A stretch of DNA of 63,803 nt, the filler included, from Welwitschia mirabilis (taxonomy: Eukaryota), in assembly GCA_051453625.1 (NCBI GenBank). It is 6 parts of one record of this genome, joined end to end, with 100 filler letters (N's around TTAATTAATTAA, not from the genome) between each part and the next. Parts side by side here need not be neighbours in the genome. Positions count along the whole stretch, not along the records: positions 1 to 15,402 come from JBOZIK010000001.1; 5 more parts are not named here. The stretch is one strand, 5' to 3'. Both the position numbers and the translations under genes were made by a program. Under the pieces are notes generated by a model. It was given only the letters and a program-made list of their open reading frames with translations. It made no database searches and had not been told where the DNA came from. This document shows, piece after piece, positions 1 through 12,549 of the stretch (position 1 is the first letter of the stretch; each line of letters opens with the position of its first letter).

Positions 1-2983
1 GGAAGAAGAAAAGGAACTATTTTCTAAGATTTCTAGATCTTCTTCTTCATCATTCTTATTATTTTAGAAAGTTGAAGCCTCATAATTAGGTGGAGTTGTA
101 TTGGTTTCACTCCTTGTCACTACCTTACAATCTTTTTGTACTTCATTAGGGTTCAGTAAAGGTTGAGTGGAAAGGGTCCCTTGTGGTCTTTGGTTTGCAA
201 GCATAGTTTGTTGTAAAATATTCACGAGATTTTCTATGTTTGCATTAGTTTTTTCTTAAGTTTTTCTCAACTCCTCAATAGAATTCCAAAGAGGATCACT
301 ATGGTTCTGGGAGTTGNNNNNNNNNNNNNNNNNNNNNNNNNNNNNNNNNNNNNNNNNNNNNNNNNNNNNNNNNNNNNNNNNNNNNNNNNNNNNNNNNNNN
401 NNNNNNNNNNNNNNNNNNNNNNNNNNNNNNNNNNNNNNNNNNNNNNNNNNNNNNNNNNNNNNNNNNNNNNNNNNNNNNNNNNNNNNNNNNNNNNNNNNNN
501 NNNNNNNNNNNNNNNNNNNNNNNNNNNNNNNNNNNNNNNNNNNNNNNNNNNNNNNNNNNNNNNNNNNNNNNNNNNNNNNNNNNNNNNNNNNNNNNNNNNN
601 NNNNNNNNNNNNNNNNNNNNNNNNNNNNNNNNNNNNNNNNNNNNNNNNNNNNNNNNNNNNNNNNNNNNNNNNNNNNNNNNNNNNNNNNNNNNNNNNNNNN
701 NNNNNNNNNNNNNNNNNNNNNNNNNNNNNNNNNNNNNNNNNNNNNNNNNNNNNNNNNNNNNNNNNNNNNNNNNNNNNNNNNNNNNNNNNNNNNNNNNNNN
801 NNNNNNNNNNNNNNNNNNNNNNNNNNNNNNNNNNNNNNNNNNNNNNNNNNNNNNNNNNNNNNNNNNNNNNNNNNNNNNNNNNNNNNNNNNNNNNNNNNNN
901 NNNNNNNNNNNNNNNNNNNNNNNNNNNNNNNNNNNNNNNNNNNNNNNNNNNNNNNNNNNNNNNNNNNNNNNNNNNNNNNNNNNNNNNNNNNNNNNNNNNN
1001 NNNNNNNNNNNNNNNNNNNNNNNNNNNNNNNNNNNNNNNNNNNNNNNNNNNNNNNNNNNNNNNNNNNNNNNNNNNNNNNNNNNNNNNNNNNNNNNNNNNN
1101 NNNNNNNNNNNNNNNNNNNNNGGGTCTCCTCTAAAGGTAGGATAAGCGTTCAACTTTTTTAGTTCTATATCATTGCTAGGAGGTAAGTCAAAGGGGTTTT
1201 AAATTTCAAGTCTTTTATTAGCTATGAAATCTCTCAGAGTAGCACGAGTGTTTGGTTGAGGAGGAGTAGGAGTAATAGTTCCAATGATAAGTGGTGGATT
1301 TAGCGAGATAGGTTATTTTTGGTGAGAGGTCGACATGGTATTAAATTCTTCAAAATTAAAATCAAATTCTTTTGCAGAATTAAAATCAGAAATTTTAGAA
1401 AATTTTAAAGTTTAAGTACCTGGACTGTTTTCAAATTCAAAATTTAGCAAACCGTCTCGGATATTTTCTGCAATGAATTGTCACTCTCTCTGGTACTTTT
1501 CACCTTTTTCAATCTTAACCATTCAGTTTCAATGCTATCCTGTGCATTGTCCTGTATGTCGTCTGGACAATACCTAAGATGACAGAGGCAAAAACATAGA
1601 AAACCACAGAATGATGGAAAGCAGAAAAGAAAACATTCATCTGACTATGACGTCTAGATAACAAAAGGAATGTCAGTGGTTAGTAAAAAGTTAAAAACTA
1701 AAATAAAATACTTATAAAGTATTGATACACCGATGCTATAGCAAACATCTAGAATATCCATTGAAGCAACGACAACTCTTGATTTCCAAGAAGCCCTCCC
1801 TGGCAACGTCGCCAATTTATTGTGGTGTGTATTTATGCTACATTTCACGTCTTGATTTAAATCCTATTAATTATAANNNNNNNNNNNNNNNNNNNNNNNN
1901 NNNNNNNNNNNNNNNNNNNNNNNNNNNNNNNNNNNNNNNNNNNNNNNNNNNNNNNNNNNNNNNNNNNNNNNNNNNNNNNNNNNNNNNNNNNNNNNNNNNN
2001 NNNNNNNNNNNNNNNNNNNNNNNNNNNNNNNNNNNNNNNNNNNNNNNNNNNNNNNNNNNNNNNNNNNNNNNNNNNNNNNNNNNNNNNNNNNNNNNNNNNN
2101 NNNNNNNNNNNNNNNNNNNNNNNNNNNNNNNNNNNNNNNNNNNNNNNNNNNNNNNNNNNNNNNNNNNNNNNNNNNNNNNNNNNNNNNNNNNNNNNNNNNN
2201 NNNNNNNNNNNNNNNNNNNNNNNNNNNNNNNNNNNNNNNNNNNNNNNNNNNNNNNNNNNNNNNNNNNNNNNNNNNNNNNNNNNNNNNNNNNNNNNNNNNN
2301 NNNNNNNNNNNNNNNNNNNNNNNNNNNNNNNNNNNNNNNNNNNNNNNNNNNNNNNNNNNNNNNNNNNNNNNNNNNNNNNNNNNNNNNNNNNNNNNNNNNN
2401 NNNNNNNNNNNNNNNNNNNNNNNNNNNNNNNNNNNNNNNNNNNNNNNNNNNNNNNNNNNNNNNNNNNNNNNNNNNNNNNNNNNNNNNNNNNNNNNNNNNN
2501 NNNNNNNNNNNNNNNNNNNNNNTGAGTTATCTGCTTATCTTCTAGTTTACTACTTGTGATCTGCATGTAAACTGTCATCTAGTGTTTCTGGATATGTCGT
2601 TCACTAGTGTCGTCTGGACGATGAGGTGGAGGATGATGTCTGATAAGAAGGTCTTTATTTTAACTACAAGTTATCTTGAAAGGGCTTTATCATATGCTCA
2701 ATTGGGGTTGTCGTCCTACCTATTGTGGGAATGATAGAGGGGATGACAGACTTTTCTCCATCTTTTATCAGTATGATATCTTACTGTTTATAGGAATAAT
2801 TATCTGAGAATATAATTTATTAATATCTACATGAAATACTTGCGAATTATCTAATAAACTGCATGTTTTCATCTTGTGCTCTTGGATTCTCAATTGTCAT
2901 AGGAACTAGGCATTTATCCATTAGTTTATCTATAAAACAATTCAAAATACCCTATTAAATACATCTAAGTTGGCATCGCAACA
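1..2983 (-). mobile_element. 5' part of an Athila-like Ty3/Gypsy element (family A): 5' LTR 1818-2983, PBS, degenerate gag running off the left edge
   Basis: On the minus strand the LTR starts TGTTGCGATGCC at 2983 and ends ...CACCACAATA at 1818, followed by a tRNA-Asp-type PBS. Minus-strand 1-300 reads ...QRPQGTLSTQPLLNPNEVQKDCKVVTRS, like the gag C-terminal region at ~43180-43270. NAYPTFRGD (~1150) matches the gag start at ~42070 and ~60600. Confidence 0.85.
1797..1814 (-). promoter_or_regulatory. Primer binding site, tRNA-Asp type
   Basis: Minus strand reads TGGCGACGTTGCCAGGGA, 16/18 to the Athila PBS TGGCGCCGTTGCCGGGGA, 3 nt from the LTR end. Confidence 0.9.
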
Positions 2984-4110
2984 AGTGGATAAATGACCAT
3001 CATGAAAATTCTTCACTCTAGTTTTTATTGGCCTACTCTTTTTAAAGATTCCTTTGACTTTTCTAGGAAGTGTAATACTTGTCAATGCTATGGTAGCCTA
3101 TCTCATTTCTATAATAAGCCTATCAAGCCCATACTTGAATGTTAACCTTTTGACTGTTGGGAAATTGACTTTATAGGCCCAATTACATCACCTTTCTATG
3201 AGAAAAATTATATCCTTGTAGCTGTGGATTATGTTACTAAGTGGGTTGAAGTTGTTTTTACTACAAAAAATGATGTCCGAACTATTTGCAACTTTATTTG
3301 AACTCATAGTTTTCAATGATTTGACTTTACACTAATTATCATTAGTGATCAACAAAGTTATTTCATTAATTACCTTTTTCAAAAACGTCNNNNNNNNNNN
3401 NNNNNNNNNNNNNNNNNNNNNNNNNNNNNNNNNNNNNNNNNNNNNNNNNNNNNNNNNNNNNNNNNNNNNNNNNNNNNNNNNNNNNNNNNNNNNNNNNNNN
3501 NNNNNNNNNNNNNNNNNNNNNNNNNNNNNNNNNNNNNNNNNNNNNNNNNNNNNNNNNNNNNNNNNNNNNNNNNNNNNNNNNNNNNNNNNNNNNNNNNNNN
3601 NNNNNNNNNNNNNNNNNNNNNNNNNNNNNNNNGTGTGTGTGTTAATAGTTAATGTTTGCTATAATTCTTATTGATTCATCCATCAACTTAATGTTGTTAA
3701 CTTGAATGAAAATACTAAAATTCGACTAGTTAAACTTGACCATTTAAATGAAAAATGTACTCATGTCTTACATCATCAACTTATTCATAAGACTCAAGCC
3801 AAGTTTTAGACATGATAAAAATATTATTCATTAATAGTTTAAACTTGGTCAACTTATCCTGTTGTATAACACTTGAGTACGTCTTTTACATAATAAGTTA
3901 ACTTCTAAATGGTTAGGTCCTTATCTTATAGAAAAGTACACTTAAATGATTCAGTGAAATCTCTGATTTAAACATTAGGAAAATCCAAAAGGTTAATGGA
4001 TAAAGGTTAAAACTTTATGAGTTATCTCCTAATGAAACCTTAAATATGATAGAAGCACTTATTTTGAAAGCCCTTCTTCATGAGAAGGTCTTTTCTTTTA
4101 CCATTATTTA
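2984..4110 (+). pseudogene. Gypsy integrase remnant with stops, frameshifts and a gap
   Basis: Reads KILHSSFYWPTLFKDSFDFSRKCNTCQ (zinc finger), PFDCWEIDFIGPI, YILVAVDYVTKWVE, and C-terminal KLTSKWLGPY...KVNG*RLKLYE. Confidence 0.9.
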
Positions 4111-4428
4111 AATTCTTTCTTAACTCATTCCTTAGGTAAACATCATGNNNNNNNNNNNNNNNNNNNNNNNNNNNNNNNNNNNNNNNNNNNNNNNNNNNNN
4201 NNNNNNNNNNNNNNNNNNNNNNNNNNNNNNNNNNNNNNNNNNNNNNNNNNNNNNNNNNNNNNNNNNNNNNNNNNNNNNNNNNNNNNNNNNNNNNNNNATG
4301 TCTTGATTCTTCTATTCTCTTCTAATGATGTAAGTAAATTAGTTGTTTTGCATGATCTTACTTTGTTACTCATCTCATTCCTTTACTTTTATACTTACAA
4401 GTACTTAGTCATGTGGAATGATACTCAA

Positions 4429-4464
<36 letters not shown>

Positions 4465-4482
4465 GAGGAGGAAGAAGAAGAA
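4429..4482 (+). repeat. Compound (GA)n/(GAG)n/(GAA)n microsatellite
   Basis: Directly visible purine repeat. Confidence 0.95.
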
Positions 4483-4814
4483 CCATGCTCTTTCATGTTA
4501 TATCTCTAAAACATGGTAATTATGATGTCCTACCACAAGTACACTAGGGAAAATACCCCTGAGAGGGGCCTTTGGTAGTGTGATATGATAGCTGTGGAAA
4601 CTCCACTAGAAGGTTAGTTGGCCATGTTGTGCAGGTCCTTACTTCTTTGATAGTGGTTATACTTCTTCATCATAGAAAAATAAATTGCTTTTCTTTATTT
4701 ATTTCTAGTACTTCCACATGATCACTCTACTTTTGAATTCCAGTGCTTGTTTTGATATGGTAGCTTATAAGTTCATGTTTTAAAATAGCTTTTTACCTTA
4801 TCATTCATTATTTG

Positions 4815-5408
4815 ATAACATTATCATACTCAAAATTGTTATAATTATTGCCTATTAGATTGGAACTTTATGAATTTTTACATCATGTCATTCCATCATT
4901 ATCAAGTAATTTTATGATTGTTGTTAAGGGAATTTATTAGGTCAGCATTTAGGGTAATAAAGCATTCTTCTTCATGTTCCTAGTTATCTATTTTTATTTT
5001 TGTTTTTTTTTTTTAGTTCTTTTATTGAATTTTCAAAGTCATTCTTAATACTTTTTCAGCATCATATTATNNNNNNNNNNNNNNNNNNNNNNNNNNNNNN
5101 NNNNNNNNNNNNNNNNNNNNNNNNNNNNNNNNNNNNNNNNNNNNNNNNNNNNNNNNNNNNNNNNNNNNNNTTAATAAAATTATCATACTTGACATCGTCA
5201 TAATCATTGCTTATTTGAGTGGAATTTTATGAATTTTTACATTATGTTATGATCATTATCAATTAATTTTATGATTGTTGCTAAGGGAATTTGTTAGGTT
5301 ACATTTAGGATAAGAAAGAAATATTCTTCATGTTCCTAGTTGTTCATTTTCATTTTGTTTAGTTGGATTTTCAAAGTCATTCTTCATACTTTTTCAGCAT
5401 CATATTAT
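4815..5408 (+). repeat. Diverged tandem duplication (~250 bp visible per copy) in the element 3' region
   Basis: ~4815-5070 and ~5175-5408 align, both ending TTTTCAAAGTCATTCTT(A/C)ATACTTTTTCAGCATCATATTAT, with many substitutions. A 100-N gap lies between them. Confidence 0.8.
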
Positions 5409-6427
5409 GGACCTAATCATTTTCTAGTTTTTATTATCTATCCATAATGTTTTCTAGAGGATTGTTGTTTCTTCCTGATAGGTTTCCATGATCTAATGAG
5501 TTTTAGTCTTCCATGAGTTTGGGCACATTTGAGAAGTCTTTTAGCATTACTTCTTTCCATTTAGTGTATTTTCTTCTACTATTACTTTTTCCTTCTCCAC
5601 TATGTGGTTGCTTTTCAAGCTTTTTATTCAATTTTTCTTTGTTTGCTATCTTCTTTCTATTGCTTTTCTATGTTTTTTGGTTTTCTAGATTTTTTATTGC
5701 TTCCCTTTCCTCTCCAAACAATTGCTTTGATGACTTGTGTCCCAATGATAGAGGGGACAATACTTCTTCTATATTCTTAGTGCAATGTGGAACGTCTTAC
5801 TTCTCCTGTGGGAGGGGATTGGGAGTTGGAGTAGGACACCTTTCTGGGCATTAATCTATACTTATTAGCATAAATTTTTCAATTTTTAAGATTTCACAAT
5901 CTAATTTTATGATGGATTATTTGGATGAGTTTTTCATACTATTTGAATAAATTTCTGGAGAATTCATGAACTTTATGTTGCAGGATTCAGCAGTGCACTC
6001 ACATGTTTCAAATCATCTAAATTATACTATGTATACCTTTGCCCTTTGCCTTTTTAATGATACTAATGAATTTGGAGACATCAGGTTCTAGAAAATAACA
6101 CTACTTAAGCCTATTACAATAGTCCATTATCACTATGTTTATAATATGCATACACAGTTTTATGTCATGAGCCATCAAAGTTACATTTGTATGATTTCTA
6201 TATGTTTATAGCATTCATTTTTTCTATAGTGACATGCTTAAGTAGGGGGCTTAAAAAAATTATTTAGCATTTTTATCACTTACCTATTGATGATATCATT
6301 TTTTTACATGATTTTTATAAATTTTATTTACATCCTTTCAAGCATTATCTTTATCTTATTTAAACTTGCTCACAATCTAATTGATTGCTTGCTTTGTAAG
6401 GAAATGACAAGGCTAAGTAAGAGGCTA

Positions 6428-7669
6428 TGTTGTAATGCCAATTTATAGGAATTTAAAGGTGTACTTTGAGTACTTTCACATAGGTTTTGATGTAATACCG
6501 ATGACTATGAAGATCCGATAGGATGATTAGTAAAACATGTGATACTTCGCATTTTTAATAGTTTCTCAGGCCTATTTTGACACTGCATATGTGGAAGAAG
6601 GACTTTATGATGTAAAAGACTTATTTACCTTTAAGATTGGAGAAAAGGAAGATCGTCATCCCCTGTGTCATCCTCATGATAGGTAGGACGATAACACTAC
6701 TAATATGGATAGAGTTTGCAGGGTTGAAAGCATTACATAGGGCACATGAAGGCATCTTACGCATGGTGATGTCCCCTATGTCATCCTAATGATATGCAAG
6801 GTGATAGCTGTTTTTGCATGTTCTAAAAAAATATCTTTGCAAATGGGCTCAAGCGACTCATATGGGTTATTAGGATTTTTATTTTATATTTTTAGGATTT
6901 TCTTCTAGAACCTCAAATGAAAAACTATAAATACCCTTCTTCTCCTTTATTTCTACTCCATCTTTTGTACTCGATAGTTGTGATGGAGGATTGAAGGGTA
7001 AGAGGTCCATCCAGGCTACAAAAAGGAGTTTCTTTATTGTTAGGTTGAGTCTCTTCCATTGAGGTATTATTATTCTATTATAAATGAATTTTATGTTTTG
7101 AAAACTCTTTAGATTAATACAATTTATCTTTTCATTCCAATTTTTTAAATGTCCCTTATGGTTTAAGTTGGTCATAATTAAGTGACAAATTTGTGATTTA
7201 TTTAGATCATAAGGCAAGCTTTATTAAGGTTGACCTTGATTAATAGGAGGTTTGGATTAAATTTTCATTTCATTTTATATTGCATTTCTTATCTTACATG
7301 GATAAATCTCATAGTTATGTTGATTAAGAACTAGTGGATACTCTTCTTAATTGATATAAGTTATAGAGAAGGTAGTTCTTATGATAGAAGAACTATGATC
7401 TAAGTAGAATTCATTTCCATTTCCATTCATTACAGTTCATATTCATTCATATTGCATTGCATTTACTTTATTATTTACTTTTAGTTATTAAAAGATAAAA
7501 GACTAAAATACTTTTGGAAATCAATTCTCTAACTCTAATCCTAGTGCCTTCATTGGGATTACAACATTTGGGTGAACTCTTATCTATACTTAAGTGTATT
7601 TTCTACAAGTTATTTGATGTACAAGTTTATCTAAATAGATTTAGGATTGTATAAATTTACACTGCAACA
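6428..7669 (+). repeat. 3' LTR, family A
   Basis: Termini TGTTGTAATG...CACTGCAACA form an imperfect inverted repeat; length 1242 bp; no PBS follows. Confidence 0.85.
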
Positions 7670-10600
7670 TTTATTAAGAAATAGCATTTATGAACTTAGA
7701 CTATTACATCTTTGATTATTCTTAGTGATGGCTTGATAAAGTTATTAGCCAATTACAATTAGATTTTAATGCATTTAAGATAATTTAAGTTAAGATTCTT
7801 GTACACAAAATAGAGTAGAATGTTAATTATTATTTCTAAATCTCATAAGACTTGCTTAGTGTTTTTATCTCCATATGTAATACATATCATTGAATAACTG
7901 AGATATTTATACTTAGGGAAATATTGATTTTAGATGATTGGCTTTTTTTTTAAGGTAAGAAGACTTTATTATTTATGTTCATATGTCTCTTTATCATGCA
8001 CATGTTCTTGAGGAGCTTTATGTAAGAGAGCATCTTATTAATCATTTCTAAAAGAGGCACATTAATTTTAACCTTTTTACAAATTTCTAAGACCTTTAAT
8101 TATTGTTTCTTAATATTCTCAATTTAGGATAGTAGACAAAACGTAAAGGATTATTGTGTATGAGCAAATATTCTTCTAAGTATTTTACATTTGCTTTATT
8201 CAAAGCTTGGAGGAAGGGTAAAGATTCTTAATAAGGAGTTGTGTCTTTTTTCTTTTACCTTCCCCTCATATTTCTATTTTCTTTGAGTTAAAATTTGATT
8301 AATCTTTATGTCATTTTGAAGATAAATCACTTTGAGTTATTCTAAGTGGTCTGATCCTTCTTTTAGAAATCTAACTCCTTTAGGATTTGATTGAGCACTT
8401 CTTAGAGGTTTACTTGTTTTTCTTTAGTGTATAAGAGAGAGAATTTGGTTTTGATTTTTTTGGACTAATTGAAGAATTTGTGAGATGAATTAAATGTTTT
8501 TCTTAAAGTTAGCTAATGATGAAAAATATCATTTAAGGATGAATCCATGTTTAAATTTGATTTGGACTTGAATTCGCATGAATTTATTTACTAATTCCTT
8601 AAAGATATGGATGGAAATGGTTTTTAGTAATTGGATGGGAAAGGATTAAAGGATTATAAAAAAAATGCGTTTCTTGGTTGCCTAATTTGATTATCCTATT
8701 TTCAAAAAAAGTTAGGATAATTTCTTCACCCAAGGTTGCATGTGTTTAAGTATGAGTCATTTTTTGTTTTTTGTCATTGGTATCCTATCATATTAACTTC
8801 TTTATTAATAGTATTTTAAAACAAGGAAATGAATGTGCATTCAGCTGTTTCATAGATATCAATGTGGTAGATAAGACATTTTGGCTTCATGACCATGGAT
8901 GAAGATGAGGATGAGGTAATTAAGGATTCTACTCTTTATGTTAGTTCATTTATCTTATTATTTACTCTAAAATTTTTGGAAACTCTAAATACACTTGGGT
9001 TTTGATAGAATGGTGAAATTTAAATGGTTTAGTGGGATTTTTTTAATTCTTTAAACTCTTAGCTATGCTCTTAAGATAGACCCAAACATTGTCTAAGTGT
9101 ACATTAAGGAAATTCTCTCTACTCATCATTTCGACTAGTTTATAGTTATAAGTAGATCATCCATCATAGAAAAAACTTATCTCCCTCCCTGGCTAAAATT
9201 CGTATTGGGAACATTTTTTAAGTAAGTCTTTGAATTAATATAAGATTTGTAAAAATGTTTCATGATCTTTTTATTAGAAATTCATGATTTCTTTACTTAG
9301 AACATTCGTTTTATGATTGAAAAAGAATTTAGAGATGAAGGGTTTACTTAGATTAGTTTAAGTTTAAATAGAGCAGAGTTTAAGGATGTATAACCAAGAT
9401 TTTATCCTCTTCTTTAAGAAAAAAGAAAATAAGTTAAGTTTAAGTGCCTCATGAGTGTTTTGATATTGAGGGACAATGAATAGGACACATTCAAAATATT
9501 TAAGATGAAGGTATGGATCTTTAGACTCTAATCCCAGCAAATGAGTCAAAAGTTATATGGTAGAGGTTTTGAACTCTAACCTTTAGTTTATTAGTAGTAG
9601 CATAATACATGAAGATACTCCTATGCATTATGATTAGAGATAATTATGAAAGGTTTTCTTAGTTTAATTAGTATTAGTAGTAGGATCTTGTATTTAAGTT
9701 GCTTCTTGGATAAGATAATAGATGATTAATTAAGCAATTAGATACTAATTAGGTCATTTGGATCTTTATTATTATTGTGATAAGGGGACTTGTTGATTGT
9801 TATTTGGGTCATCTTAAGAGAAGGAGGTGTATTCTCATTAGGAGTCTTCAGGATGTTGATTTTATTGAATGCTTCTATGATCAATAAAGGATTTTATACC
9901 ATTTAAAGAATTTTTAACTAATATTCCAGATTTATCACAGATCTAAGGCATGCAATAATAGATTTGAATGGTTTCAGGTTATGCATAAAAACATTTTACC
10001 AAGCTTATAAGATAGAGAAGTTTCAAGGATGGTGGTGCTAGTGAGGGTAGGTAATAGCATCAGTATATTTATAAGTTATAGTCTCAAGTTTTTAATAGAG
10101 TATCATTAGTTACATATAAGACATTTTACATAACAAGGTTTTAAAGATATAAAATTCAAATGAAAAACATAAATGTCTATGACTTAATTATTAATGAAAT
10201 CATTGAAATTTGTTTTTATGAAATTTAAAAATTTAATGTAGTGAATTCATAGAAAATCAAAAAATTGAATTAAAAACATAGTAGATTAAAAAAAGCACAT
10301 AACATTAGTTAAAATTTTTTAAGTTTTTGAGTTTTCTCTTTAAGCTGTTGTAACAAAATGTTACACCTATAAAATAAAACATCTTAGATTTAAAAATTTA
10401 AAAATAAAGAAAGTTTTGATTTCATTGAAATGACTAATACCAACAACTATAAGGAAAACTAAAGAAATAATGCACGAAACAAACAAAAAAAGGAACCAAT
10501 TTGGGCATCATTAGAGAGGATTAGTACCCCCAATGAAAAAGCAAAGACTATCTATAAAAAAAAGTAAAAATAAAAGTAAATGCTCTTCTAAGCTACTACC

Positions 10601-11980
10601 ATGTCATTATCCCTAGCAACAACACCAAAATCTATTTGTTGTTTTACAATGATCAAATTTAAACTAAGCTAAAAACTTAATTATCATTCTGTCCACTAAG
10701 ATAGCTAGGGTAGTTTTCAGAAGTTGTACAAACTTTAACTTTAGTGCAAGTTACAAAAATAAGAAAAGAAAAGAAAAATAGGGATTTCAGAGTTGTATCT
10801 TAATCTTTAACTTTAAAAAAGAAAGAAACAAGCTAGCTCCAAGTTTTTGCTAATTCGTTCTTCAACAATCCTTTATTTTGATGTTGTTCATTTTTTTCCT
10901 ATAACATACTAAAAACCAACAAGTATTTTTGACTTAGATTATGTTAACATAATCTCAATCATCATATGAGTGATGGTGTACTCAATTGTGACTTGATCTT
11001 TTATAGATTTAAATAATAATAAAAGGTAAGAACCCTAAGTACTTAAAATCCGTAGTACTTAGATTAAATGCTTAAAGAGTTTATTCAAATGTAATAAAGC
11101 TTAATGATTAAGTTTCTTTCTAAACGTGCCAAATTTAAAGTGATTCATGATTTACAATAAAAGATAAACAACTTTATGTATTAAAAAAAGGAATACTTTA
11201 TAATAATGAAAGAAGCATGCTGGTGAAACTCCTCAAGCAATTCTTGAGGACAATCTCACTTCCCAAAGAGTTACTTAAAATGCCATCATGACTAACACTC
11301 TAATGTTATATGTTTTTCCAAAAGCCAAATATGATATAATGAAAGTTTCAATACCTTCTTATAGGAAGAGATAGGGGTAATGAGTGGTTATAAGTCCTTG
11401 GATTATAGCATTAGCTAGATGGTTACATCATAAAGACATTAGGTGAAATGGTTTATCATCTTTTCTAATAGGTATAGATTCCTACGATGATACCCAAACT
11501 TAGCTTCTGAATGTTGATGCTTCTATCAGCCAATATTATCACAATATGTTTTTACCATCATCCTATGTATCCCTACCAATTATTACTTTGTAAGTATTCA
11601 TCATCACTGCTATTTATCGTGAAGAATGAAATTTATTTTTGATGTCAAATTTAATCAAGCCCATAATTGAATTTGATTTAATTTCACATGATAAATCAAA
11701 AACATAAGAATGAAGGTATGTTTCTTAGATAGGCCAGTAGCACTAGTAGTCCTAATCAAGGGCACTAACATTTTAGGCTAAATGATGATCAAATTTAAGC
11801 ATGTTCTCCAATTTAGCATATATAACTTAAAAATATTATGGAAAGCTAATAAGTTCATAATTAAGATAGAAAATAAATAAAAGACATATTTTTATGATAA
11901 AATTAGTTATATTAATGTCTTTCATTAAGATTAATTAGTCATTTAACTTGATTATAATCTTAATTTTTACATGTTAAAGA
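7670..11980 (-). mobile_element. 5' part of an Athila-type Gypsy element (family B): 5' LTR ~10633-11980, PBS 10610-10627, degenerate gag and protease
   Basis: PBS TGGTGTTGTTGCTAGGGA. Gag ORF 9364-9549 reads GLESKDPYLHLKYF...LKLNLFSFFLK...SWL. Protease remnant at 7670-7930 reads QVL*DLEIIINILLYFVYKNLNL...LANNFIKPSLRIIKDVIV and is cut by the family A element. Right LTR boundary is approximate. Confidence 0.8.
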
Positions 11981-12549
11981 TAAACACTTTTGAAATTAAG
12001 TTAGTAATACTATTTGTAAAATAGTTAGAAATATAATAGTTATTCTTTGCTTATTTTAATAAAATTTGCATACTTATTTTATGCTTTTGTATAGATTTTA
12101 CATATTTCAACTAGATAAACAAATGTACATCATCTTTAGAGGTGTTTAAAATTTTTTCCTGAATCTCACATCATTTTATTAGAATTTTTTCCTCATTTCT
12201 CATAAAGAAGTTACCTTTTGCTTAGGGTCTATTCTATCTTATTATTTGAACAAAGTGGCTACTCTTAGTATGATGGAAAGTCTAAGATATTAATTATCCT
12301 AGATGTTTTTTCTTTATTTATCTTCTTCTTCATTAACTTTTCTATTTTCTAGTGAAGCGATATATTGTTCTAATAAATATTTTAGTAAATATTTAGATAG
12401 GAAAAATTTTTTCTATATAGTATTTCTTAGAAGTCTTATTTTAACTTAAAGTTAGATCCATAGTGGGTATGTTTCATGCCTGTCCTTAGGAGTTGTTCAT
12501 TCTAATAAAATTGCTATGTATTATAACCTAATTCTAATGATGAAATGGT

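Larger units (their letters stand above)
2984..7669 (+). mobile_element. 3' part of a family A Gypsy element: integrase, ~2.3 kb 3' region, PPT-like tract, 3' LTR
   Basis: Integrase motifs start at 2984. GACAAGGCTAAGTAAGAGGCTA directly precedes the LTR at 6428, and nearly the same tract precedes the LTR at 38591 on the minus strand. Confidence 0.85.

Noticed and set aside
299..2578. Long ORFs of 235-411 aa in the ORF track (also near 16.5, 48.8 and 51 kb)
   Set aside because: They are runs of N translated as X.
4303..4509. ORF ending in RERERE...EEEEE
   Set aside because: It is a translation of the GA microsatellite.
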